Part shown: positions 15,674 through 25,323 of the stretch, piece after piece | How the letters are laid out: every line of letters starts with the position of its first letter | Numbering within the stretch: the first letter of the stretch is position 1 | Assembly (NCBI GenBank): GCA_964518995.1 | Contig: CAZFJU010000001.1 | Span: forward strand, 1 to 54,458 | Direction: 5' to 3' | DNA from: an uncultured Gammaproteobacteria bacterium | GTDB lineage: Bacteria > Pseudomonadota > Gammaproteobacteria > Steroidobacterales > Rariloculaceae | DNA: 54,458 nucleotides | The notes under the pieces: model-generated | What the model was told of the DNA's origin: nothing | Databases searched by the model: none | What the model saw: only the letters and a program-made list of their open reading frames with translations | Made by a program: the position numbers and the translations under genes

Positions 15674-16948
15674 TCAGCTTCGGGCCCCGCCCCGCAGCCC
15701 AGCGACCATGTCGCGGGTCACCAGGACGACGCCTTGCTCACTGACATGAAACCGGCGCCGGTCGGCTTCCCGGTCGCGGCCGATGATGGTGCCGTCCGGC
15801 ACGACGACGTGCTCATCGATGATCGCGCGGCCGATGTGGCAGTCGCGCCCGATCGATACGTTCGGCAGCACCACCGCGCGATACACGAGCGATCGCTCCG
15901 CGACGCGGACATTGAATGACAGCAGCGACTCGCGCACCGTGGCTCCGGACACGATGCAGCCGCCCGCGACCATCGAGTTGATCGCAGCCCCGCGGCGCCC
16001 GTCCTCATCGAGCACGAACTTCGCGCTCGGCACTTGCTCCTGGTACGTCCAGATCGGCCACGCATCGTCGTACAGGTTCAACTCCGGGCTCACGTGCACG
16101 AGCTCCATATTCGCGTGATAGTACGCGTCCACCGTGCCGACATCGCGCCAATATGCTTGGGCCTTGGTCTCGATATCCTGAAACGGATACGCGAACACGC
16201 GCGCGTCGTTGATCGCATCGGGAATCACATCGCGGCCAAAATCATGCCGCGTATTTTCCCGCGCGGCGTTTCGCTCGAGCCGTTCGCGCAAGAAGGCCGG
16301 CTCTACGACATAGATACCCATTGAAACGAGCGCGATGCCATCCCGGCCCGGCATCGAGCGCGGATTCGACGGCTTCTCGTCGAACCCAATCACACGGTGG
16401 GTCGGGTCCACGCTCATCACGCCAAACTCGTGCGCCTCCTCGACCGGCACCTGCACGCCGCCGATCGTCAGATCCGCACGACTCTCCTTATGAAATGCAA
16501 TCAACGGACCGTAGTCCATCTTGTAGACATGATCGCCGGCGAGCACGAGCACGGTTTCCGGGCGATGCTGATCGATAATGTCGAGGTTCTGATATACCGC
16601 GTCAGCCGTGCCGCGGTACCACCATTCGCCATGCTGCTGTTGCGCCGGCACGATATCGACGAACTCGCCAAGCTCGCCGTGCAGATACCCCCAGCCGCGG
16701 CGCACATGCTGAATCAGCGACTGAGCTTTGTACTGAGTCAGAATGGAGATCTGCCGGATCCCGGAATTGACGCAGTTCGACAGGGAAAAGTCGATGATGC
16801 GGTATTTGCCGCCAAAAGGAGTCGCCGGCTTCGCGCGATGGTCCGTCAGTTGCATGAGCCGCTGACCGCGGCCGCCGGCCATGATGACAGCCATCGTGCG
16901 GCGCGTCAGCTGACTCACGACGCGATGCGCGAGAGGTCGTTTGATCAT
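15674..16948 (-). CDS. glgC: Glucose-1-phosphate adenylyltransferase
   Basis: ORF 15674..17521 trimmed to ATG 16948, with GGAG upstream. The sequence MIKRPLAHRVVSQLTRRTMAVIMAGGRGQRLMQLTDHRAKPATPFGGKYRIIDFSLSNCVNSGI...LTQYKAQSL...WYRGTADAV matches GlgC. Confidence 0.93.
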   Translation of the reverse strand: MIKRPLAHRVVSQLTRRTMAVIMAGGRGQRLMQLTDHRAKPATPFGGKYRIIDFSLSNCVNSGIRQISILTQYKAQSLIQHVRRGWGYLHGELGEFVDIVPAQQQHGEWWYRGTADAVYQNLDIIDQHRPETVLVLAGDHVYKMDYGPLIAFHKESRADLTIGGVQVPVEEAHEFGVMSVDPTHRVIGFDEKPSNPRSMPGRDGIALVSMGIYVVEPAFLRERLERNAARENTRHDFGRDVIPDAINDARVFAYPFQDIETKAQAYWRDVGTVDAYYHANMELVHVSPELNLYDDAWPIWTYQEQVPSAKFVLDEDGRRGAAINSMVAGGCIVSGATVRESLLSFNVRVAERSLVYRAVVLPNVSIGRDCHIGRAIIDEHVVVPDGTIIGRDREADRRRFHVSEQGVVLVTRDMVAGLRGGARS

Positions 16949-17073
16949 GCAGCCGCTCCGATTCTCTGGTCGAGTATACGTTGCCTGCGAGATATGAGTC
17001 GACGCGGTCGACCGAACCTCCGCGCCGCTCCGGCCAAAAGCCTCATCCGGCCGCGGACTCGTCCGACACGGCT

Positions 17074-19146
17074 TCAGCCCTCCTCGAATACCGCGATCGC
17101 ATGCTTCGCGAGATCGTACGTCGGCGCGCGTTGCAGCGGCGCGGCGTCTGCGGGACAGAAATCGTCGGGCGGCGGTCGCGACGTGTCGACGATGCGCCGC
17201 CACACGCCTGCCGGGAGCGGCAGCTTGCGGGGCATCTGCGTCATGTTGATCATCACGTGCAGCGCCGGCTCCGCGACGTCGAGACCGGCCAACGTGAAGC
17301 ACAGAACGTGGGCATCGGGATCCTCCCAGCGCGGCGGCTCGAGCGTCTCGCCGTACCAGCGAATACCGCCGCGCCCGATGGCGTTCGGGTCGATGAATCG
17401 CGTGCGCCGCAAGCTCGCATGACGCTTGCGCAACGCGATCATCTCCCGCGTGAAGCGCAGCATCGCATCCCGGGCCGGATCCGGGGTCCAATCGAGCCAG
17501 CTGGTGTCGTTGTCCTGACAATAGGCATTGTTGTTGCCGCGCTGCGTGCGCAGCCTTTCGTCGCCCGCGAGCAGCATCGGAATACCGTGGCTTAGCAGCA
17601 AGAGCGTCATGAAGTTGCGGGCCCGCTGCTCGCGCAGCCGCAGGATCGCCGCGTCGTCGGTCGGCCCTTCTACCCCCGTGTTCCAGCTGAAGTCGTGGTT
17701 GCCGCCGTCGCGATTCCCTTCGCCATTCGCCTCGTTATGCTTATGGTCATAGCTGACGAGGTCGTACAGCGTGAAGCCGTCGTGACAGGTCACGAAGTTG
17801 ATGCTGTTGGTCGGCCGGCGGCCGTTGTTGCCGTATAGATCGCTGCTGCCGGTGATGCGCGTCGCGACGTCGCCGATAAAGCCGCGCTCGCCGCGCAGGA
17901 AGCGGCGCACCGTATCGCGATACTGGCCGTTCCATTCGAGCCAGCGAAAACCCGGGAAGCCGCCGAGCTGGTACAGGCCGCCAGCGTCCCACGCTTCCGC
18001 AATCAGCTTGGCTGGCGCGAGCACGTCCGAGAACTCCATGCTCCACAGCACGGGCGCGTGCTGCATCGGCTCTCCGTCCTCGCCGCGCGACAGCACGCTC
18101 GCAAGATCGAGGCGGAAACCGTCGACGTGCATCTCCCCGACCCAATACTCGAGACACTGCAATAGAAACCGGGCGACGAGCGGATGATTCGCGTTGACCG
18201 TGTTGCCGCAGCCGGTGAAATCCCGATACAGGCTGCGATCCGCCGGATCGAGGTGGTAGAAGAACTCGTTGCCCAATCCTTTGAACGAGATCACCGGCCC
18301 GTCTTCGCCGCCTTCGGCCGTGTGATTCAGCACGACGTCGAGGATCACGCCGATGCCGGCACGATGCAGCGCCTTGACGAGATCGCGGAACTCATTGCGC
18401 GGGTCGCCATTGCTGGCGTAATGCGGATGCGGTGCGAACAGGCCGTACGGACTGTATCCCCAATAGTTGACGTTACCGCGCGCCGCGGCGCCGGGCGGCA
18501 GATCCTGTCGATCGAACGCCATGATCGGCAGCAGCTCCACATCCGTGATGCCGAGGCTCTGCAAGTACGGGATCTTGTCGATTAGCCCCCGGAACGTGCC
18601 GGGCGCTGCGCTGTTCGCGGACGGATGCCGCGTAAAGCCGCGCACATGCAGCTCATAGATAACGGTGTCCTCGAGGGGCCGCCGCAGCAGCCGGTCGCCC
18701 TCCCAGTCGTAGTCACCGACCGGCGCGATTCGGCCGCGGATCGCCGTCTCGCCGCGCAACCGATTACGCTCCCGGTCCCACAGCGAATCGCTGATCTCGC
18801 GCGCCCAGGGGTCGACCAGCTCCCGGCGCGGATCGAAGCGCAGCCCGCTGGCCGGATCATCCGGCCCGTCTACCCGCCACGTGTAGTAGAGGCCCGGCGT
18901 TGCCCGATGGACAAAGACGTGCCAAAAGAAAAACGTGCGATGCGTATCCGGATGGAGCTCGATGATGTCGAGCGGCTCGGCCGCTTCCGCATCCGCATAA
19001 AGCACCAGGGACACACCCGTCGCATGGCGGCTGAACACCGAAAAATTGACTCCGCCCTCGCGCGGGACGGCGCCGCCCGGCAACCGCTTGCCGGGGCTCG
19101 TCGCGAAGCGCCGAGCCCGTGTATCCGCCCGCGAATACTGTGCCAT
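17074..19146 (-). CDS. glgX: Glycogen debranching enzyme (GH13)
   Basis: 690-aa ORF with ATG at 19146. Motifs seen: GVNFSVFS, YELHVRGFT, LGITDVELLPI, NYWGYSP, VILDVVLNHT, GFRLDLA, IAEAWD, FVTCHDGFTL. Confidence 0.92.
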   Translation of the reverse strand: MAQYSRADTRARRFATSPGKRLPGGAVPREGGVNFSVFSRHATGVSLVLYADAEAAEPLDIIELHPDTHRTFFFWHVFVHRATPGLYYTWRVDGPDDPASGLRFDPRRELVDPWAREISDSLWDRERNRLRGETAIRGRIAPVGDYDWEGDRLLRRPLEDTVIYELHVRGFTRHPSANSAAPGTFRGLIDKIPYLQSLGITDVELLPIMAFDRQDLPPGAAARGNVNYWGYSPYGLFAPHPHYASNGDPRNEFRDLVKALHRAGIGVILDVVLNHTAEGGEDGPVISFKGLGNEFFYHLDPADRSLYRDFTGCGNTVNANHPLVARFLLQCLEYWVGEMHVDGFRLDLASVLSRGEDGEPMQHAPVLWSMEFSDVLAPAKLIAEAWDAGGLYQLGGFPGFRWLEWNGQYRDTVRRFLRGERGFIGDVATRITGSSDLYGNNGRRPTNSINFVTCHDGFTLYDLVSYDHKHNEANGEGNRDGGNHDFSWNTGVEGPTDDAAILRLREQRARNFMTLLLLSHGIPMLLAGDERLRTQRGNNNAYCQDNDTSWLDWTPDPARDAMLRFTREMIALRKRHASLRRTRFIDPNAIGRGGIRWYGETLEPPRWEDPDAHVLCFTLAGLDVAEPALHVMINMTQMPRKLPLPAGVWRRIVDTSRPPPDDFCPADAAPLQRAPTYDLAKHAIAVFEEG

Positions 19147-19159
19147 GGCTCCGGATACG

Positions 19160-21775
19160 CTAGAGCCACCGCATCAGGCCGAGCTCGTATGGGTGCGTAA
19201 GGGACGGATGGCGCGGCACCGCGCGGATCTCGAAGCTGAGCTTGCCGGCCCACGGCGGCTGAAACTCGAGCCGATAACGGTAAAGGTCATCGCGACCCTC
19301 GTGCGGCTCGAACGCCCAAATCGCGGCTGTCTCGTCGCCGATGTGCGTACGCCAGCCTTGCGGGCGCCGGTTGTCCGAATACGCCTGCACGGGCATGGTG
19401 ACTTCCGAGCACAGCTCGCGGTGGAGGACGCATTCGACACAGACGTCCTGCGGGTCGAGACCGTTCAACGCGACATCGACCTCGAGCCGGATGGGCTCGC
19501 CGAACGCCGCGATCGTGGGCGCCTCGCCGACCGCGTGCAATCGCAAGCCCGGCCAGCGCGCGTGCACGCGCGCCTTCCAGTCGGCGAGCTCGAGCGCGCC
19601 GCGGTAGTGGTTTTCCCGGATGCGGCGGCCGTGCGCAGCGGCGGGGCCATAGAACAGCCGCGCATAATCGTGCACCACACGGTGGCTGTTGAAGCGCGGC
19701 AGCACTGACGACATCGAACGCTTGCACTTGGCGACCCAGCCCGGCGAGTAGCCGAGCCTCGGATCGCGAGCGTAGTACAGCGGGATCACGTCGTCCTGCA
19801 GGATCTCGTAGAGCGTCACGGCATCCTGCCGATCCCGCTCGCCCGCGTCGTCGTGGTTGACGGACGGTGGAATCGCCCAGCCGTTCTCGCCGTCGTAACC
19901 TTCGGCCCACCAACCGTCGAGCACGCTGAGATTGATGGTGCCGTTGATCGCCGCCTTCATGCCGGAGGTACCGCTCGCCTCGAACGGATAGATCGGATTG
20001 TTCAGCCAGACGTCGACCCCCGAGACCAGCGCCCGGCTGACGCCGGTATCGTAGCCTTCGAGCAGCGCGATCTTGCCGAGAAACTGCGGCAGGCTCGCGA
20101 GGCGATTGATCTCGCGCATCATCCACTGGCCCGGCTCGTCGGCCGGATGCGCCTTGCCGGCAAAGATGAACACCACCGGCCGATCCTCGTTCGACAGCAG
20201 CGTCTCGAGCCAAGCAAGATCGTTGAACAGCAGCGTGGCGCGCTTATAGGTCGCGAAGCGCCGCGCGAAGCCGACCGTCAGCACGTTCGGGTTATCGGGA
20301 TCGATCAGCTGCGAGAGGCGATGAATGTGCGCCTCGCTCAGGCCATTGCGGGTGTGCTGCAGTGCGAGGCGCGCGCGCAGCACTGCGAGCATCTCGCTCT
20401 TTACGCGCTGATTCGTGTACCAGAAGCGATCATCCGGAATAGCGCGGATGCGCTCCATTGTCGAGCGGTCCGTCATCCGTTGCTGCCAGCCCGGGCCAAG
20501 GTGGTCATCGAGCAGATCGACCCACGGCTGCCGCATGAAGCTCTGCACATGCACACCGTTCGTGACATAGCCTACCGGGTTCTCGAGCGGCGGCACTTCG
20601 GGCCACGCGGTGCTGCACAGCTCCGACGATACCGTGCCGTGAATACGGCTGACGGCGTTCACGGCACGTGCGCCAGACAGCGCAAGACGCGTCATGTTGA
20701 ATTCCGTGTCCGCCGCGCTCTGACCGAGCGCGAGGATCTCGTCCGGCGGCACGCCGAAATCGGACATGTAGCCGGCAAAATGCCGGGCCACGAGGTCCGC
20801 CGAGAACGAATCGTGCCCCGCCGCCACCGGCGTATGCGTCGTGAATAACGTGTCGGCAGCGACCGCCTCGAGCGCTGCCCCAAACGGGATACCCGCGACG
20901 GTGAGCTCGCGGATGCGCTCGAGGATCATGAACGCCGCATGGCCTTCGTTGATGTGCCACACCGTCGGAGCGTAGCCGAGCGCGCGCAGCGCACGCACGC
21001 CGCCGATGCCGAGCACCGCCTCCTGCTGCAGCCGCATGCCGCGATCACCGCCATAAAGCACGTGAGTGATGTGGCGATCCATCTCGATGTTCTCCGCCAC
21101 GTCCGTATCGAGCAGCAGGATCGGCACGCGCCCGACGTCGGCGCGCCACACGCGGGCGACGATGTTCCGCTCCGGGAAGGGGCATGTGACGAATACATCC
21201 TCACCCTCGGCATTACGCGCGGGACGCAGCGGCGTGTGCTGCGGATCGATGTGGATATACTCCGGAATTTGCTGGCCGTTACGATCGATGCGCTGGTTGA
21301 AATACCCCTGCCGGTACAGCAAGCCGACGGCAACGAACGGCAGGCGCATGTCGCTCGCGGTCTTGCAATGATCGCCCGCGAGGATGCCGAGACCGCCGGA
21401 ATAGATCGGAAAGCTCTCGTGGAAGCCATACTCGGCGCAAAAGTACGCGATCAAGTCGCCGTCAACGAGGCCGGCCGACTTGTAGGGCTGCGCCCCCTGC
21501 GCAATGTAGGCGTCAAACTCCGTCATGACCTTGCGGAACGCCCCGACAAAATTCTCGTCGTCGGCCGCGTAGTCGAGGATCGCCTGATCGACGCAGCGCA
21601 GGAACAGCTTCGGGTTGTTGTCCGTGCGCCGCCAAAGCGTCTGATCCAGCCGGCTAAACAGCCATCGCGACGCCGGATGCCAGCTGAACCAGAAGTTCGA
21701 CGCCAGCTCCTCCAGTCGCTCGATCGCCTCGGGCAGGCGCGGATGCACTTGCAGCGAATAGATCATGTTCGTCAT
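19160..21775 (-). CDS. glgP: Alpha-glucan phosphorylase family protein (GT35, with N-terminal DUF3417-type extension)
   Basis: ORF 19160..21862 trimmed to ATG 21775 (MTNMIYSLQVHPRLPEAIERLEELASNFWFSWHP...). Motifs seen: YFCAEYG, SGGLGILAGDH, VWHINEGHAAF, FARRFATYKR, EASGTSGMKAAINGT. Confidence 0.88.
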   Translation of the reverse strand: MTNMIYSLQVHPRLPEAIERLEELASNFWFSWHPASRWLFSRLDQTLWRRTDNNPKLFLRCVDQAILDYAADDENFVGAFRKVMTEFDAYIAQGAQPYKSAGLVDGDLIAYFCAEYGFHESFPIYSGGLGILAGDHCKTASDMRLPFVAVGLLYRQGYFNQRIDRNGQQIPEYIHIDPQHTPLRPARNAEGEDVFVTCPFPERNIVARVWRADVGRVPILLLDTDVAENIEMDRHITHVLYGGDRGMRLQQEAVLGIGGVRALRALGYAPTVWHINEGHAAFMILERIRELTVAGIPFGAALEAVAADTLFTTHTPVAAGHDSFSADLVARHFAGYMSDFGVPPDEILALGQSAADTEFNMTRLALSGARAVNAVSRIHGTVSSELCSTAWPEVPPLENPVGYVTNGVHVQSFMRQPWVDLLDDHLGPGWQQRMTDRSTMERIRAIPDDRFWYTNQRVKSEMLAVLRARLALQHTRNGLSEAHIHRLSQLIDPDNPNVLTVGFARRFATYKRATLLFNDLAWLETLLSNEDRPVVFIFAGKAHPADEPGQWMMREINRLASLPQFLGKIALLEGYDTGVSRALVSGVDVWLNNPIYPFEASGTSGMKAAINGTINLSVLDGWWAEGYDGENGWAIPPSVNHDDAGERDRQDAVTLYEILQDDVIPLYYARDPRLGYSPGWVAKCKRSMSSVLPRFNSHRVVHDYARLFYGPAAAHGRRIRENHYRGALELADWKARVHARWPGLRLHAVGEAPTIAAFGEPIRLEVDVALNGLDPQDVCVECVLHRELCSEVTMPVQAYSDNRRPQGWRTHIGDETAAIWAFEPHEGRDDLYRYRLEFQPPWAGKLSFEIRAVPRHPSLTHPYELGLMRWL

Positions 21776-22000
21776 CGGGTCGGTTCCATCCAGCCGGCCA
21801 ATAGAAATGAGGGCACGCGCCGCAGCCGTCAGGCGAACCCTGCAGCGGCAGCACGGACGCATCGAATACGCGCAGAAGCAACATGTGGGCCAGCATCCCA
21901 GCCCAGCCGCAAGCTTAACCTATCGATACGCTTTGGGAGGCGCTGCCGATCACGTATCGCAAGAGCCGATCTGTAACTGACATTCCGCGGAGGAGGCTTT

Positions 22001-22987
22001 ATGCCCGTTATTGACGTGCACACGCACATGCTGACGCGTGAGTATCTCGAGCTGCTTACGGCCCACGGCGGCCCGAAGTACCGCATCGGCCGCAACGACG
22101 CCGGTGAGGACGTGATCCGAATGTGGGACACGCCGTTCTTCACGCTGACGCCGCCGATGTGGGACTACGATCTGCGAATCCGCGACATGGACCGCGCCGG
22201 CGTCGACATCGCGATCGTGTCGCTGACCTGCCCGAACGCGCACTTCGGCGGCGCCGACGTGAGTCTGCGAGCCGCCCAAATCGTCAACGATTCGATGGCC
22301 GCGCAGCAGCGGCTGCGTCCGGACCGGATTCGCTGGCTCGCCTCCCTGCCGTGGCTGCACGAGATGCAGGCACTCGCCGAGCTCGACCGGGCGCTCCACG
22401 AAGGAGCGGTCGGCGTCATGGTGATCGCGAATATCGACGGCGTCAGCCTCACCGATCCCCGCTTCGCCGCCGTATGGCGCGCCATCGACGAGCGCGCGCT
22501 GCCCGTGCTGCTGCACCCGGCCGCGCCGCAAGGGGTGCGCGACATGGGTCTCGATGAGTACGGCCTCGTGCCGCCGGTCGGCTTCACCTACGACACGAGC
22601 CTGGCCGTGTCGCGCATGATCCTCAGCGGCTTCTTCGATCGGCACCCACGCCTGAAGCTGATCGCCGCGCACGGCGGCGGCACCCTGCCGTATCTCGCCG
22701 CGCGACTCGACCGGTGCCACGAGATGATCCCCGCGGCCGCTGCGGCGATCAGCGCGCGCCCGAGCGAATACTTGCAACGGATCTGGTACGACGCGGTGCT
22801 CTATTCGTCGAGCGCGCTGGCGTTGTGCATCGAGGCGGCTGGAACCGACGAGCGCGTGCTGTATGGCTCGGACTACCCGCACAATATCGGCGACATGACG
22901 GGATGCCTCGACCGAGTCAGCGCGCTGACGCCTGCGTCGGCGGCGCGTATCCGCGGTGCGAACGCCGTCCAGCTGTTTGGGCTCTAG
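22001..22987 (+). CDS. Amidohydrolase_2 / ACMSD-family metal-dependent decarboxylase or hydrolase
   Basis: ATG 22001 is preceded by GGAGGAGG. Motifs seen: MPVIDVHTHML, LLHP, FTYDTSLAVSRMILSGFFDRHPRLKLIAAHGGG, LYGSDYPH. Confidence 0.8.
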   Translation: MPVIDVHTHMLTREYLELLTAHGGPKYRIGRNDAGEDVIRMWDTPFFTLTPPMWDYDLRIRDMDRAGVDIAIVSLTCPNAHFGGADVSLRAAQIVNDSMAAQQRLRPDRIRWLASLPWLHEMQALAELDRALHEGAVGVMVIANIDGVSLTDPRFAAVWRAIDERALPVLLHPAAPQGVRDMGLDEYGLVPPVGFTYDTSLAVSRMILSGFFDRHPRLKLIAAHGGGTLPYLAARLDRCHEMIPAAAAAISARPSEYLQRIWYDAVLYSSSALALCIEAAGTDERVLYGSDYPHNIGDMTGCLDRVSALTPASAARIRGANAVQLFGL

Positions 22988-24186
22988 CCGCCGGCGGCCT
23001 CGGACCGACGTAGCCAGCCCCACCACACCAGCGCGCAGCCGACACCGGCGACGCCCATCGTGCCGGCGAGCGGGTACGGTGTCGGCGCCTCGACGAGGCT
23101 GAGCGCTGCAGCAACCAGCGCGCCGATCAGGAACTGGATGACGCCATACAGCGCGGACGCGGCGCCGCCCTGCCCCGGAAAGCGCCCGAGCGTACGGGCC
23201 ATCGTATTCGCGAACACCAGCCCGACGCCGAGCATGTAGATCAGCACCGGCAGGAGCACCCCGAAAAGCTCGCCGCCGAGGGCCACCGCGACCATCAGCA
23301 GTGCGCCGCCGATGCCGAGCAATGCCGTGCCGATGCCGAGCATGACCGAGATGCCGAGCTGCCGAACCAGCCGCCCGTTGCAGAATGCGCCGATCGACGC
23401 GCCGAGCATCACCGCCGCAAAGCCGTAACCGTAATGATGCGGCGCTAGGCCGACGCCTTCGATCAGCACGAAAGATGAATTGGTAACGAATGCAATCACA
23501 CCGATGAAGCCGAGCCCGGAGCATGCCATGTAGCCGACCGCCTGACGGTCGCGAAGAATCGCGCCGTACGCCAGCACGCTGTCGAGCAGGCTGCGCGAGC
23601 CGCCCTTCCGGACCCGCGGCAACATCAGCGCGGTCACGGCGAGGCACAGCGCGCCGGCTGCGGCCTGCACCCAGAACACGGCTGTCCACATGCCCCATGA
23701 GGCGACGTGGCCGCCGACGACGGGCGCGATCACCGGCGTCAGGAACGTGAACATCGACACCCACGAGATCGCGCGCGACGCGTCCGCGCCGGTCCAGCGG
23801 TCGAGGATGATCGCACGGGACAGCACCATCGCCGCCGCGGCGCCGAGCCCTTGCATGAAGCGGTTCGCGACGAGCGTGCCAAGGCTTTCGGACTTCGCGG
23901 ACAGCACACACGCGATGACGTAGACGACCAGCCCGAAACATAGGATCGGCTTGCGCCCATAGCGGTCGGATAGCGGGCCATAGAACAGCGCGCCGAGCGA
24001 GAACCCGATCAGCAGCGAGCTCATCGTGAGCTGCACTGCGCCGCCGCTCGCGCCAAGCGCGTCAGCCACGAGCGGCAGCGACGGCACGTACAGGTCGTTC
24101 GACAACGGGCCAAGCGCGGACAGCGCTCCGAGGAACGGGATCAGGGCAGGCCCGGTCCGCGGCGCGCCTGCCGCGGACGCATTCAC
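22984..24186 (-). CDS. MFS transporter, Bcr/CflA drug-resistance subfamily
   Basis: 400 aa with 12 TM-like hydrophobic segments. Motifs seen: LGPLSNDLYVPSLP, GPLSDRYGRKP. The GTG start at 24186 overlaps the LigB-like gene's stop (GTGA). Confidence 0.85.
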   Translation of the reverse strand: MNASAAGAPRTGPALIPFLGALSALGPLSNDLYVPSLPLVADALGASGGAVQLTMSSLLIGFSLGALFYGPLSDRYGRKPILCFGLVVYVIACVLSAKSESLGTLVANRFMQGLGAAAAMVLSRAIILDRWTGADASRAISWVSMFTFLTPVIAPVVGGHVASWGMWTAVFWVQAAAGALCLAVTALMLPRVRKGGSRSLLDSVLAYGAILRDRQAVGYMACSGLGFIGVIAFVTNSSFVLIEGVGLAPHHYGYGFAAVMLGASIGAFCNGRLVRQLGISVMLGIGTALLGIGGALLMVAVALGGELFGVLLPVLIYMLGVGLVFANTMARTLGRFPGQGGAASALYGVIQFLIGALVAAALSLVEAPTPYPLAGTMGVAGVGCALVWWGWLRRSEAAGG

Positions 24187-25004
24187 CGCACCGTCATCGT
24201 GGCGACGGTGCAGCCCACGGCAAAGATCGGAATCGGCGCATAGAAGAGCAGCTCCCCGCTCGCTCCTTCAGTCGCGCCGGCGACCGTGATGAATGTGCGG
24301 ATCTCGAACCCGCCCTGGCCGGCATCACGAAACGTCTCGACATCGCTGTAGGACGTCATCGCCTCGCGATCGTTGGCGATGAAGCGGCGCAGGAACTCGC
24401 GGTCCCACTCTTCGTTGATCGTGCCCGAGTCCGGCGTCGCCGGCCAATGCGAAATGCCGCCCGTGCCGAGAAGCGCGATGCGCTCGGGCTGCGCATCGCA
24501 CGCGCGGCGCAACGCTCGGCCAAACTCATAGGCGCGCGTCAGCGGCGTCAAGGGCTGCCCCTGACAATTGACGTTGACCGGAATGATCGGCAGATCGTAA
24601 CGCGGCGTCAGAAAATGCAACGGCACCATGATGCCGTGATCGAACTTCCACTCCTCGGCGTAGGCCAGGTCGAACTCGCCGAGCATCGACTCGATCAGGC
24701 GGCGCGACAGGCCCTTATCGCCCGGCACCTCGGTGCGCCTGATCCCAAGCCACTGCTCATCCTCGATCGGTCCTTCGTACTGCTCGGCCATGCCCATGCA
24801 ATAGGCCGGCATATTGTTCATGAAGAAGTTCGCGAAGTGCTCCGCGGCGACGATGATCAGCGCGTCGGGCGCCGCGGCCTCGAGCCGTTGGCGCAGCGCC
24901 TCGAGCTTCTCGTAGAACGCGTCGCGCACCTCAGGGTCGGCACGCTCGGCGCGCCCCGTGATACCGGGCGCATGGCTGCAGACGCCCGCAAAGACCAGGC
25001 TCAT
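24183..25004 (-). CDS. Class III extradiol ring-cleavage dioxygenase, catalytic (LigB-type) subunit
   Basis: Sequence: MSLVFAGVCSHAPGI...IIVAAEHFANFF...FDHGIMVPLHFL...LGTGGISHW. This is the LigB family pattern. Its ATG overlaps the LigA-like gene's stop (ATGA). Confidence 0.82.
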   Translation of the reverse strand: MSLVFAGVCSHAPGITGRAERADPEVRDAFYEKLEALRQRLEAAAPDALIIVAAEHFANFFMNNMPAYCMGMAEQYEGPIEDEQWLGIRRTEVPGDKGLSRRLIESMLGEFDLAYAEEWKFDHGIMVPLHFLTPRYDLPIIPVNVNCQGQPLTPLTRAYEFGRALRRACDAQPERIALLGTGGISHWPATPDSGTINEEWDREFLRRFIANDREAMTSYSDVETFRDAGQGGFEIRTFITVAGATEGASGELLFYAPIPIFAVGCTVATMTVR

Positions 25005-25312
25005 TGCGCGCGATCCTCGAGCAGCGTGTAGAACCCTTCACGGACCGGGCCATGCTTCTTCACGCCCTCTTTCATCGCGGCAATGTACTCGTCCCACGTT
25101 TGACCGATCAGCGCAGAGTAGTGCATCAGCAATTGACCGTTTACACCCATCACGTACAGCAGGCCGATGTCTCCCTCCTCGAGCGCCCGGCGCTCCTCCT
25201 CCGTGAGAATGTACTCATCGAGCAGGTCGTCACGTTCTTCTCCGAAGCGGCGGCGCACCGCCGCGTCCCGATTCAGCTGATACAGCAGCTTCTGCACATA
25301 ATACAGGCTCAT
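25001..25312 (-). CDS. Aromatic ring-opening dioxygenase small (LigA-type) subunit
   Basis: ORF 25001..25369 trimmed to ATG 25312. The sequence MSLYYVQKLLYQLNRDAAVRRRF...YILTEEERRALEEGDIGLLYVMGVNGQLLMHY is LigA-like. Confidence 0.75.
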   Translation of the reverse strand: MSLYYVQKLLYQLNRDAAVRRRFGEERDDLLDEYILTEEERRALEEGDIGLLYVMGVNGQLLMHYSALIGQTWDEYIAAMKEGVKKHGPVREGFYTLLEDRAQ

Positions 25313-25323
25313 TACGGGATACC

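Noticed and set aside
21950-23941. 663-aa minus-strand ORF
   Set aside because: It overlaps the amidohydrolase gene in antisense and the MFS gene out of frame. It is extremely Arg-rich (runs of RRRR), with no motifs.
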